DNA from: an uncultured Candidatus Saccharibacteria bacterium
GTDB taxonomy: Bacteria > Patescibacteriota > Saccharimonadia > Saccharimonadales > Saccharimonadaceae
NCBI GenBank assembly: GCA_937974295.1
Contig: CALBWN010000060.1
Span: 6,728 to 70,727, forward strand
DNA: 64,000 nucleotides
Direction of reading: 5' to 3'
The translations under genes and the position numbers were made by a program. A model generated the notes under the pieces. That model did no database searches and was not told the origin of the DNA. It saw only the letters and a program-made list of their open reading frames with translations. Of this stretch, positions 1 through 7,917 are shown piece after piece. The number at the start of each line of letters is the position of its first letter. The stretch's first letter is position 1.

Positions 1-303
1 TCATTTCCTGAGGAGACACACACGGAGCTGATGGAGATCCTCCGAACCTATGGTGTAGAAGTAGACTATATTACAAGTGAGCGAGGTTCTGAGCTACAGA
101 GAAACTTTGGTTTTGCGCTCGTACGAGAAGTGAGAGAGGCCTTGCATAGTGAAGCAGACGATGGAGAAGGCAACAACGATACGATAACAACATATCGTAT
201 AAAGATGCCAGAGAAGTATAGCCTTGAAATTGCCAACCCATCCGAAGATACTGTCGCCAAGATAGGGGCGTTGCGCCGGCTCATATCTCGGCGGATTTTG
301 TAA
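1..303 (+). CDS. 5'-truncated hypothetical protein, possibly GNAT-like
   Basis: Frame open from base 1 to TAA at 301-303. 'YITSERGSELQRNFGFALV' loosely resembles the C-terminal GNAT motif. Basic C-terminus. Confidence 0.5.
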   Translation, partial: SFPEETHTELMEILRTYGVEVDYITSERGSELQRNFGFALVREVREALHSEADDGEGNNDTITTYRIKMPEKYSLEIANPSEDTVAKIGALRRLISRRIL

Positions 304-404
304 CGAACCCCCAACCTTGCTTTTCCATCAAAAATACCACATACTAATGCGCAAGCACTCAGAACGAAAGCAAAAAAACGAAGCGAAGTATCTTATAGAA
401 CGCC

Positions 405-919
405 ATGCCATCATACGAAGTATCACCTCCATCACCCTGCGAAGTAACGCCGCACCAAGACCAATTGCCTGATGCGCTATGGTATTATGCGGCCGAGCGG
501 GCTGTGGAGCTGCTGAATACGCAGGATTTACAACGAGCCGACCTCCGGTGGCCGACACCGCTTGCGACATTGCCGACTGCACTGCCGCTGCGGAGCCGTG
601 CGCACTATGATGATACGATTGACCCAATGACCCCTATGGCCTCGTCAACCTCATTCTGGCCCAGCCAGAGCCTGGTCAGGTGCACCTGTCGCGTGAGCAT
701 ACTCAGCAGTACCAGAGCTTCGCGAGTATGGCGACAACAGAGGTCAAGAGTATTGTGATTCGCGATCGGAGTACAGACTGGACGGCGGAGGAAGTTGCCG
801 ATGCAATCAAGCACGTGCGGCAGATCATTCCCCGGAGTGGCCGCTACATCCCGCTCTACCAACAGTCGACGGGCGAGATCCTCTTGACGCCTGAGCAGTT
901 TGATGCTGCTCGGGGGTAG
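405..919 (+). pseudogene. Hypothetical protein split by a 1-nt frameshift near 621-626 (pseudogene or sequence error)
   Basis: ORF 405..758 (...YDDTID) continues naturally in the frame of ORF 680..919, which is open from 623 (PNDPYGLVNLILAQPEPGQVHLSREH...). Confidence 0.55.
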
Positions 920-934
920 GTGTATAATCTCTAA

Positions 935-1060
935 AGAGAATTAGCTGGACGGCCCGTCTTGCTTGTATGAGCTTTTGCCCCTGCGGTTCATTTGATGGAG
1001 ATATGGGTGAGAAGGGTGTATTGGTATGGGTCGTGCTAAGGTTTCGCCGCTGGTGTTTTT
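935..1060 (+). ncRNA. Candidate small structured RNA (long G-U-rich hairpin)
   Basis: TATAAT at 923-928. Pairings 941-945/1035-1039, 949-957/1026-1034, 973-980/1005-1012. T-run at 1056-1060. Confidence 0.35.
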
Positions 1061-1066
1061 CTAGCC

Positions 1067-1096
1067 TTGCACTCTCCCCACCATCTGTGGTACAAT
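1067..1096 (+). promoter_or_regulatory. sigma70-type promoter of the rplF operon
   Basis: TTGCAC (1067-1072), 18 nt spacer, TGn-TACAAT (1091-1096). Confidence 0.7.
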
Positions 1097-1097
1097 T

Positions 1098-1213
1098 AGC
1101 AAGATATTAACTTTGCGAGTGAAACGGGAGTTTTGCGTTCTGGTTGTTCGTTGTGGAGAGCGGCCGGCAGCACGAGACAAACATTTTGCTGGCTACTAAT
1201 CGAAAGGTAAGCA
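1098..1213 (+). promoter_or_regulatory. Structured 5' leader of rplF (candidate r-protein autoregulatory leader)
   Basis: ~20-bp imperfect stem 1130-1149/1158-1178 with many G-U pairs. Outer stem 1098-1105/1183-1190. Confidence 0.5.
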
Positions 1214-1756
1214 ATGAGTCTGAGTCGAATCGGAAAACTGCCGGTGGCGATTCCATCGGGTGTGACAATCACGGTTGACTCTGGTGATGTGGTCGTCAAG
1301 GGCCCCAAAGGTGAGCTCTCGCAGTTCATTACGCCAGCGGTCGAGGTGAAGGTCGAGGACGGACAGGTGACGGTTCATCCCAAGGATGAGTCTAAGGCTG
1401 CTCGGGCCCAGCATGGGCTGATGCGCGCCCTCATCAACAACATGGTGATTGGCGTGACCCAGGGGTACGAGAAGCGCCTCGAGGTCAAAGGTGTGGGCTT
1501 TCGGGTTTCGTCGAGCAACAACGAGCTGACGATGAGCCTGGGCTTTAGCCACGAAGTCCACTACAAAGCTCCAGAGGGAGTTAATGTAACGAACGAGCGA
1601 ATGGTGATTGTCGTGACGGGTATCGACAAGCAAAAGGTCGGCCAAGTCGCCGCCGAGATCCGCGCTCTCAAGAAGCCAGAGCCATACAAGGGCAAGGGCA
1701 TTATGTACGTTGGTGAGCAAATTTTGCGCAAAGCAGGGAAGGCAGGTAAGAAATAA
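1214..1756 (+). CDS. rplF: 50S ribosomal protein L6
   Basis: SRIGKLPV...KGPKGEL...KPEPYKGKGI...RKAGK signature. Confidence 0.98.
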   Translation: MSLSRIGKLPVAIPSGVTITVDSGDVVVKGPKGELSQFITPAVEVKVEDGQVTVHPKDESKAARAQHGLMRALINNMVIGVTQGYEKRLEVKGVGFRVSSSNNELTMSLGFSHEVHYKAPEGVNVTNERMVIVVTGIDKQKVGQVAAEIRALKKPEPYKGKGIMYVGEQILRKAGKAGKK

Positions 1757-2112
1757 TGGCACACGCATTAGCAAAAAAACTCCTGAATCGTGACCTACGC
1801 AAGCGCCGCGTTCGGGCTCGCGTACACGGCACGGCTCAGCGCCCACGTTTGAGTGTGACGATTAGCAACCTGCACGTGAGCGCGCAGCTTATTGATGATG
1901 ACGCCCACGCAACATTGGCTGCTGCCACGACTGTTGGTACCAAAGCAACCGGCACTATGACGGAGAAGGCCGCTAAGGTGGGCACAGATATCGCCAAGAA
2001 GGCCAAAAAAGCAAAGATAAGTGCAGTCGTCTTCGACCGCAATGGTCGCCAGTACGCTGGCCGCCTGAGCGCCCTGGCAGACGCTGCCCGCAAGGAAGGA
2101 TTGGAGTTTTAG
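1756..2112 (+). CDS. rplR: 50S ribosomal protein L18
   Basis: RPRLSV...AQLIDD...VVFDRNG...LADAARKEGLEF. Follows rplF. Confidence 0.97.
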   Translation: MAHALAKKLLNRDLRKRRVRARVHGTAQRPRLSVTISNLHVSAQLIDDDAHATLAAATTVGTKATGTMTEKAAKVGTDIAKKAKKAKISAVVFDRNGRQYAGRLSALADAARKEGLEF

Positions 2113-2113
2113 T

Positions 2114-2701
2114 ATGGCAGACAGACCTGCAAATACTACATCTCGCCCAAATGACCGGCGCAACCAGCGTGGTCGGGGCAGGGGTGGTCGCCGCGATGAC
2201 CGGCGCAACCAGCGTGATGACACGCCAAAGGAATTTGAAGAAGTTGTTGTCAACATCGACCGCGTGGCGCGTGTCGTTAAGGGTGGCCGCCGCTTCCGCT
2301 TCAAGGCGCTGGTGGTGGTGGGCAACCGCAAGAATAAGGTTGGTGTTGGTGTGGCGAAGGGTGCCGATGTGCAGACTGCCATTGCCAAGGCAACCTCGGT
2401 CGCCAAGAAGCACCTCGTCGTTATTCCAGTGGTGAATGAGACCATCCCACACGAGATGGAAGTTAAGCTCAGTGGTGCGCGCGTGCTTATTAAGCCAGCT
2501 GCGCCTGGTACGGGTATCATCGCTGGTGGTGTGGTGCGTGCCGTCATTGGTGTGACGGGCATCCGCAACCTGCTCTCGAAGAGCCTGGGCAGCACCAACA
2601 AGGTAAACATCGCCTATGCTACGGTAGAAGCCCTGCGCAGCATGGTGCCGCGTGAGCAGTGGGTTGGCGTCAAGAAGCAACCTGCAAAGGAGGGCAAGTA
2701 G
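2114..2701 (+). CDS. rpsE: 30S ribosomal protein S5 with Arg-rich N-terminal extension
   Basis: RVARVVKGGRRFRFKALVVVGN...PAAPGTGIIAGG...SKSLGSTN. Confidence 0.98.
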   Translation: MADRPANTTSRPNDRRNQRGRGRGGRRDDRRNQRDDTPKEFEEVVVNIDRVARVVKGGRRFRFKALVVVGNRKNKVGVGVAKGADVQTAIAKATSVAKKHLVVIPVVNETIPHEMEVKLSGARVLIKPAAPGTGIIAGGVVRAVIGVTGIRNLLSKSLGSTNKVNIAYATVEALRSMVPREQWVGVKKQPAKEGK

Positions 2702-3181
2702 ATGAAATACAACGAACTCCACATCGCAGCCAATAAAGATCGCAAGCGCGTTGGCCGTGGCATTGCCGCTGGTGGTGGCAAGACCGCTGGCCGTGGTACC
2801 AAGGGTCAAAACGCCCGTACTGGTAAGAAGCTGCGCCCAATGTTCCAGGGTGGGCAGAATGGTATTGCTACAGCAGTGCCAAAGGCACGTGGCTTTAAGA
2901 GCCTGCGCACCCCTGCTCAGGTGGTGTATAGCGACCATCTCAACAGCCTGTCGGGCACTGTTGATAACTTTGCGCTGTACGAAGCTGGGCTGATTGAGAC
3001 GCCATTTCACAGCGTGAAGGTAATCACTCGTGGTGAACTGACTGCCAAGCTCGTGCTCCAGACGCAAGGTGCGTCGAAGAGTGTGGTAGCTGCGCTTGAG
3101 GCAGCTGGTGGCTCATTCGAAAAGACCGCTACGCCGCGCCAAACCTCACGCAAACAAGCCGAGGCAGAGGACGCCGCGTAA
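2702..3181 (+). CDS. rplO: 50S ribosomal protein L15
   Basis: RKRVGRGIAAGGGKTAGRGTKGQNAR...FQGGQ. Confidence 0.97.
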   Translation: MKYNELHIAANKDRKRVGRGIAAGGGKTAGRGTKGQNARTGKKLRPMFQGGQNGIATAVPKARGFKSLRTPAQVVYSDHLNSLSGTVDNFALYEAGLIETPFHSVKVITRGELTAKLVLQTQGASKSVVAALEAAGGSFEKTATPRQTSRKQAEAEDAA

Positions 3182-3204
3182 GAAGCATTTTTGCCGACAC
3201 AACG

Positions 3205-3238
3205 ACAAAGCACCTCTCGTCCAAGAGGTGCTTTGTTC
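3205..3238 (+). terminator. Intrinsic terminator after rplO
   Basis: 13-bp stem ACAAAGCACCTCT/AGAGGTGCTTTGT. Confidence 0.75.
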
Positions 3239-3275
3239 CTGAGGAGACGCTTCGTATAGACGCGCGCTCAAAAAT

Positions 3276-3413
3276 TTATCTATACGCTATAGGATGAACC
3301 AAAAAATAACTACACACTCTGGTGTAGCTGATTGTAGCCAGGCAAGAAACATCGTGACGCATGTGCCAGTATTGTACTGGATTAGCGTAACACCAACGAT
3401 TATACTTGCCCAT
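3276..3413 (-). CDS. Putative 45-aa small protein MGKYNRWCYANPVQYW...
   Basis: AAGGAG 6 nt upstream of ATG at 3413. Lies downstream of the peptide gene on the same strand. Confidence 0.35.
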   Translation of the reverse strand: MGKYNRWCYANPVQYWHMRHDVSCLATISYTRVCSYFLVHPIAYR

Positions 3414-3520
3414 CCTTGTCTCCTTGTGTTGTGTGGTTTCTACTATATGGTTGTAGCTCCCCCTCTTAGAGGTATGTAGCCCAATAAGGGTGTAGCACAC
3501 ACAGGGTTTTCCTCATCGTG

Positions 3521-3601
3521 CTATCGAGGCCACTTGACTAGAGGCCACTCGGGTAGATCCCACCAGCCCCAGTCGTACTGAATTGGTTTGCCTGTTGGCA
3601 T
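3521..3601 (-). CDS. 26-aa Trp/Pro-rich peptide MPTGKPIQYDWGWWDLPEWPLVKWPR (not in ORF track)
   Basis: AGAAAGGAGG RBS 9 nt before ATG. Promoter TTGCAG-17-TACAAT immediately upstream. Confidence 0.65.
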   Translation of the reverse strand: MPTGKPIQYDWGWWDLPEWPLVKWPR

Positions 3602-3626
3602 AGTATATTTCCTCCTTTCTACTTGT

Positions 3627-3655
3627 ATTGTAACAACGATTTGCTTTCACTGCAA
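3627..3655 (-). promoter_or_regulatory. sigma70 promoter of the Trp-rich peptide gene
   Basis: Minus strand TTGCAG tgaaagcaaatcgttgt TACAAT (17-nt spacer, TGn extended -10). Confidence 0.7.
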
Positions 3656-3680
3656 ATTTCGTACAATAAACAGAGGTCAC

Positions 3681-3711
3681 AAAAAAGAGCCAGTGTTATG
3701 CTGGCTCTTTT
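3681..3711 (-). terminator. Intrinsic terminator after the DUF5684-like gene
   Basis: AAAAGAGCCAG/CTGGCTCTTTT stem with A/T tails. Confidence 0.8.
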
Positions 3712-3732
3712 GCTTAGTGATGTGTTGGGGCT

Positions 3733-4203
3733 TTAGGCCTGCGGTGGCTGCTGTGGTGGATAGTATGGTGCAGGCTGAGGTGCAACCGGCCCAAGATACT
3801 GGCTAGAGCCAAAGCCGAGCATTGGGTATGCAATAACTGGGAAGAATAGCATCAGCACGCCAAAGCCAGTTGATTTGCCAAAGGACTTCGCCAGCTCGAG
3901 CGTCGACACAACAGCGACATACAGGTTGACGAAAGGTACAAACAACAGCAACACCCACCACTCAGGCCGACCGATGATCTGCATGAGCACAACGGTATTG
4001 TAGATAGGGATAAGGGCAGCCCAGCCTGGCTTGCCAGCTTTGGTGAATATTCGCCACATCGAGGCAAGCACGACGGCCATCACGGCAAAGCTCAGGATGA
4101 GCATAATAATAACCATCACCCACACTAGTGGGTCGAGGGGGCTGCTGGCCACCGTCGTGTATGGTGGGGCTGAAGAATAACTGGAGGAATAATCGTATGT
4201 CAT
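3733..4203 (-). CDS. DUF5684-like membrane protein
   Basis: MWRIFTKAGKPGWAALIPIYN...LAKSFGKSTGFG...LGFGSSQY motif. Several TM helices. Confidence 0.85.
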   Translation of the reverse strand: MTYDYSSSYSSAPPYTTVASSPLDPLVWVMVIIMLILSFAVMAVVLASMWRIFTKAGKPGWAALIPIYNTVVLMQIIGRPEWWVLLLFVPFVNLYVAVVSTLELAKSFGKSTGFGVLMLFFPVIAYPMLGFGSSQYLGPVAPQPAPYYPPQQPPQA

Positions 4204-4301
4204 ACTACTCCATAATGATCTAAAGTTAATGAATACTACACGTTATAACAGACAGGGTAGAGTGTGGCAAATAATGGATAAATGCGGTATACTGCCATAA
4301 T

Positions 4302-5057
4302 ATGGCAGAAAAGCACAAGGCGCTGGATAGCTATACAGACGGGATTATGGGCTGGACGTATGGTGCGCGGTATCGGGCTGATGGTATTGTGGTACCAGCA
4401 CAAGCAGTGCCGGTGTCGTTCGAGATGGGGCTCGGCAGGCAGCTGCCTCCTGACGCAGTGGTGGATTATGCTCCGGCAGTAGTACACGAAGCGGCTACAG
4501 CTGCTGGAGTGCCGGCCGATCGGTGGGATGATGTGAGCATAGTGATTGCTCAACCCCAAGACAGCGCGCACCTTGCGCCCGGTCTTCATGGGTATACAAC
4601 ACCTCTGCAGGATGGAGCAGCTATTGCGGTGCGATACAATACCGCACCAGAGAAAATGACGGAGATTGTAGCTCATGAGTTATATCATGCGGGTAAACGC
4701 CTTGTGGGTGCGCCATCGCCACTTGATTCGCCGTATTATAACCTTGGCACGCATGCAATGCAGTGGGCGCAGCACCATCGCTGGGCTATTGCAGCAGGAG
4801 CAGTCGGAACTATGGTCGCTCAAGAGATGGCTGCGGGGGCTGAGCAGGCGGTACCGCTCGAGACAGTCGCAACGCTTGGCTTATATGGTGTGATGCTCGC
4901 AGGCGGTGGTATCATCCTTGCTGCAGCGGGTAACGTGTGCAATAAAGAAGAATGGCAGGCTCGTCGCGCAGGTCGGCGCTTTCGACGCAAGCGAGGGGAC
5001 GTGGCACCGGCTGTGTGGAGTGAGCGCAAGCACCACGCGCGTGAAGATATCGATTAA
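4302..5057 (+). CDS. Hypothetical membrane-associated Zn-metallopeptidase-like protein
   Basis: HELYH (HExxH), two hydrophobic segments, then EEWQA as possible third Zn ligand. Basic C-terminus. Confidence 0.6.
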   Translation: MAEKHKALDSYTDGIMGWTYGARYRADGIVVPAQAVPVSFEMGLGRQLPPDAVVDYAPAVVHEAATAAGVPADRWDDVSIVIAQPQDSAHLAPGLHGYTTPLQDGAAIAVRYNTAPEKMTEIVAHELYHAGKRLVGAPSPLDSPYYNLGTHAMQWAQHHRWAIAAGAVGTMVAQEMAAGAEQAVPLETVATLGLYGVMLAGGGIILAAAGNVCNKEEWQARRAGRRFRRKRGDVAPAVWSERKHHAREDID

Positions 5058-5188
5058 TACCATCTTATCTTTCTTTGCCTCTCTATAATCTTTCCTCTGT
5101 TTTTTGTTTCTACGTTCGCAGACGGCGAATAGTAGATTCGCTATAGCGGAAGAAGTAGAGATGACAAACAAGAATAGCAGGCGAAGTG

Positions 5189-6259
5189 TTACTGCTCCGC
5201 CCCTTGAGCCTTTAGTTCGCGCTCGTAGCTTTGGAGGCGCTCGATGATGTCGTCGATATCGCCACCGAGGGCAGCGGGGATGTTGCTGCGGCTGTAGCGG
5301 ATGCGGTGGTCGGTGATGCGATCTTGGGGGAAGTTGTAGGTACGGATCTTTTCGCTGCGGTCGCCGGTGCCCACTAGAGCGCGGCGTTCGGCGGTAAGCT
5401 TGGCGTTTTCTTCATCAATCTTGCGCTGGAGGAGGCGCGAGCGCAGGACGCTCATAGCCTTCTCGCGGTTTTTGATCTGTGATTTCTCATCTTGGTTGGT
5501 GACGATCATACCAGTGGGGAGGTGGGTGATGCGCACGGCTGAGTCGGTTGTATTGACGCTCTGCCCACCGTGGCCGCTCGAGCGGTAGATATCGATGCGG
5601 AGGTCATTGGGATTGATGGTAATGTCTGTCTCTTCTGCCTCGGGCAAGACTGCTACTGTGGCGGTGCTGGTGTGGATGCGCCCCTGGCTCTCGGTAACGG
5701 GCACACGCTGGACGCGGTGCACACCACCCTCGAACTTGAGCTTGGCGTAGGGTGCATCGCCCGAAATCTTGAAGATGACTTCTTTGTACCCACCAGAGTC
5801 GTTGGCGGACTCGCTAAGCAGCTCGGTGCGGTAACCATGCGCCTCACACCAGCGCAGATACATGCGGTAGAGCTCGGCCGCAAAGAGCGAGGCTTCGTCA
5901 CCACCCGCGCCAGCCCGAATCTCCATGATGATATTCTTCTCGTCATTAGGGTCTTTAGGGGTGAGGAGGACGAAGAGCTCGTCGTCTAGCTGGGCAATGG
6001 TGGCTTCGTCTTCGGGAATCTCGAGCTTGGCGAGCTCGGCGAGCTCATCGTTGCCCTGAGCGAGCTGACGCGCCTCGGCCAGCTGCTGCTCCACGGTAGC
6101 GCGCTTGGTAGCAGTAGCAATGATGGTTTCGAGTTCCGCAAAGCGCTTATTCTTGGCGGTAAAATCGGGTGCACTATACGCATCGGGCTGGGCAAGAAAC
6201 TGCTCCAGCGCAGCGCGCTCAGCCGTCAGGGTAGCGATATCGAGAGAAATTTTGGGCAT
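5189..6259 (-). CDS. prfA: Peptide chain release factor 1
   Basis: PVT anticodon motif ([14 protein letters not shown]) and GGQ motif. Confidence 0.98.
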   Translation of the reverse strand: MPKISLDIATLTAERAALEQFLAQPDAYSAPDFTAKNKRFAELETIIATATKRATVEQQLAEARQLAQGNDELAELAKLEIPEDEATIAQLDDELFVLLTPKDPNDEKNIIMEIRAGAGGDEASLFAAELYRMYLRWCEAHGYRTELLSESANDSGGYKEVIFKISGDAPYAKLKFEGGVHRVQRVPVTESQGRIHTSTATVAVLPEAEETDITINPNDLRIDIYRSSGHGGQSVNTTDSAVRITHLPTGMIVTNQDEKSQIKNREKAMSVLRSRLLQRKIDEENAKLTAERRALVGTGDRSEKIRTYNFPQDRITDHRIRYSRSNIPAALGGDIDDIIERLQSYERELKAQGAEQ

Positions 6260-6411
6260 ATACTAATGATTATACCACGGGGGGGTGACTCTTGAGCTAT
6301 TGGATATCCTGAAGTTGCAGAGTAACTACCAGCTCTATACGATCGCCTACCACTCCGTCGCTTTGGTAGAAAAGAGAATATGTGTGAGGATTCAGATATT
6401 TTTGCTTGTAC

Positions 6412-6481
6412 ATGCAATTATTGCATAATAGCTTGACAAATTAAGAGAGAGAGAGAGTACCTTATATGGTATTAGTATAAT
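6412..6481 (+). promoter_or_regulatory. Promoter region with 7-1-7 inverted repeat and (AG)7 spacer microsatellite
   Basis: ATGCAAT-T-ATTGCAT (6412-6426); TTGACA 6433-6438; (AG)7 6444-6457; TACCTT 6458-6463; alternative TATAAT 6476-6481. Confidence 0.6.
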
Positions 6482-6507
6482 GTGAACAAAAATCAGGAGC
6501 AAAAGCG

Positions 6508-7845
6508 ATGAACAAAGGCGAGCAGTCATCAGTGATGAAATATTATAATACGAAGCATCTCACGGAGCAAGCCTATGATAGGAGTGGGCAAGAACGCATG
6601 GCAGGTGAGCTGCAAACAGCGCTTGCTCAGCCAGACAGCACAGAGGTGTACAGTATAAATACATTGGTATTGGGTGATGACAGTTTTCTTGATCGGTTCA
6701 GGATTTGTTTTGGCTGTAGCTTTGCAGACTACACGTTAGCTAAGGAAAAGACGTTTCCGTCGCCAGTAGAGGTAACGGCTCAGTTCTTTGCGCCCCATGA
6801 CAGTACTATTCATGAAGCAGATGGTATACCAGTAGAAATGCATACGGCTGTAGTAGCGTTTGATACCTTTGATGAGAACCAGACGAATGATAACGGAGAG
6901 CGTCAGAAGAACGGTACAGTGCTACTCTTTAAACTCTCGGCAAATATGATTGGCGAAGCGCAGCCAGCGCCTACCATGAAAGACTTTGCCTGGGACAAGA
7001 ACTGTGCAACTGGTGCAGTAGTGGGAGAGGATGGTGTGAGGTTCTTCCGTTTGACGCACAGCGAGGATGAGCGTGTGGCGGCCGAAGTGCGCCGCAAGGA
7101 TTCGACTGAGGAGAGTGGCCATACAGTAGACGCGCAAGTGGTCGAGAAAAAACGGTCTCTCCCAATGATTGAAAAAATTGACCCAGCAAGTGATGAAGCA
7201 CTGCAGCTCAAAATGGAGCTCGAAACATTTATTGCATCGCGAAAGGGAATAGACCAACCATCAGAGGATGAAGCAACATCTGCCCAAGAACCTACGGTTG
7301 AAATAGTAGAGACTAACGAGGTTCATGAGCTGCACGAAAAAGCACGCAGCGTTATGGCGGCGATCTTGGACAAGATGCAAGAGTATGCCACAGAAGAAGC
7401 AGGCGAAATAACGCGCCCAAGTATCCTTGAAGATTATCTGCTTGAGGGCACTGATGACCCAGCGATGAGTGTGAAGATTATTCGAGATGGCGGCAACTGC
7501 TTTGTTGCAACACGTGAGCAGGGCGAGCCGCAAGTTGGGGTGCGCCGCGAGCACATCGGTGGTGCAACGAATAACCCAAACCATAGTGATATCAGAACCG
7601 TCTTGCAGGGCGGTACCATACGGAGAACTGAGTATGTATGGCAAGGCCCTGATGCGGGTAACTATGAGCACACCTGGACACTAGAGGACAACCCAGAGCA
7701 GTTTTATGCTGAACTGCGTAAAATGCACGATATTATAACGGCAGACGTTGCTGAGGCGCAGACGAAAAAAGGCTTAGCAGGACGATTGGGCGGGACAGTG
7801 CTGCGACTACGGAAGCGGAGCTATAGACCTATTCGAGGGAAGTAG
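6508..7845 (+). CDS. Orphan acidic hypothetical protein (445 aa) with basic C-terminal tail
   Basis: Long ORF, AGGAG RBS, no recognisable domain. Confidence 0.8.
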   Translation: MNKGEQSSVMKYYNTKHLTEQAYDRSGQERMAGELQTALAQPDSTEVYSINTLVLGDDSFLDRFRICFGCSFADYTLAKEKTFPSPVEVTAQFFAPHDSTIHEADGIPVEMHTAVVAFDTFDENQTNDNGERQKNGTVLLFKLSANMIGEAQPAPTMKDFAWDKNCATGAVVGEDGVRFFRLTHSEDERVAAEVRRKDSTEESGHTVDAQVVEKKRSLPMIEKIDPASDEALQLKMELETFIASRKGIDQPSEDEATSAQEPTVEIVETNEVHELHEKARSVMAAILDKMQEYATEEAGEITRPSILEDYLLEGTDDPAMSVKIIRDGGNCFVATREQGEPQVGVRREHIGGATNNPNHSDIRTVLQGGTIRRTEYVWQGPDAGNYEHTWTLEDNPEQFYAELRKMHDIITADVAEAQTKKGLAGRLGGTVLRLRKRSYRPIRGK

Positions 7846-7917
7846 CACCTCCATACACATGATAAAAGTATAAACAATTATATAGCAACATTATCACTCA
7901 AGCGACATTTCAGCGAT

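Noticed and set aside
1196..3067. Long antisense ORFs over r-protein genes (and similar shadows over secA, lysS, ftsE, xseA)
   Set aside because: Shadow ORFs expected from GC-rich codon bias opposite well-identified genes.
6279..6285. G7 run next to the prfA -10 (and C-runs in the rpmE/rplF spacers) as phase-variation tracts
   Set aside because: These are essential genes, no matching -35 is seen for prfA, and C-rich spacers recur as a general promoter feature here.
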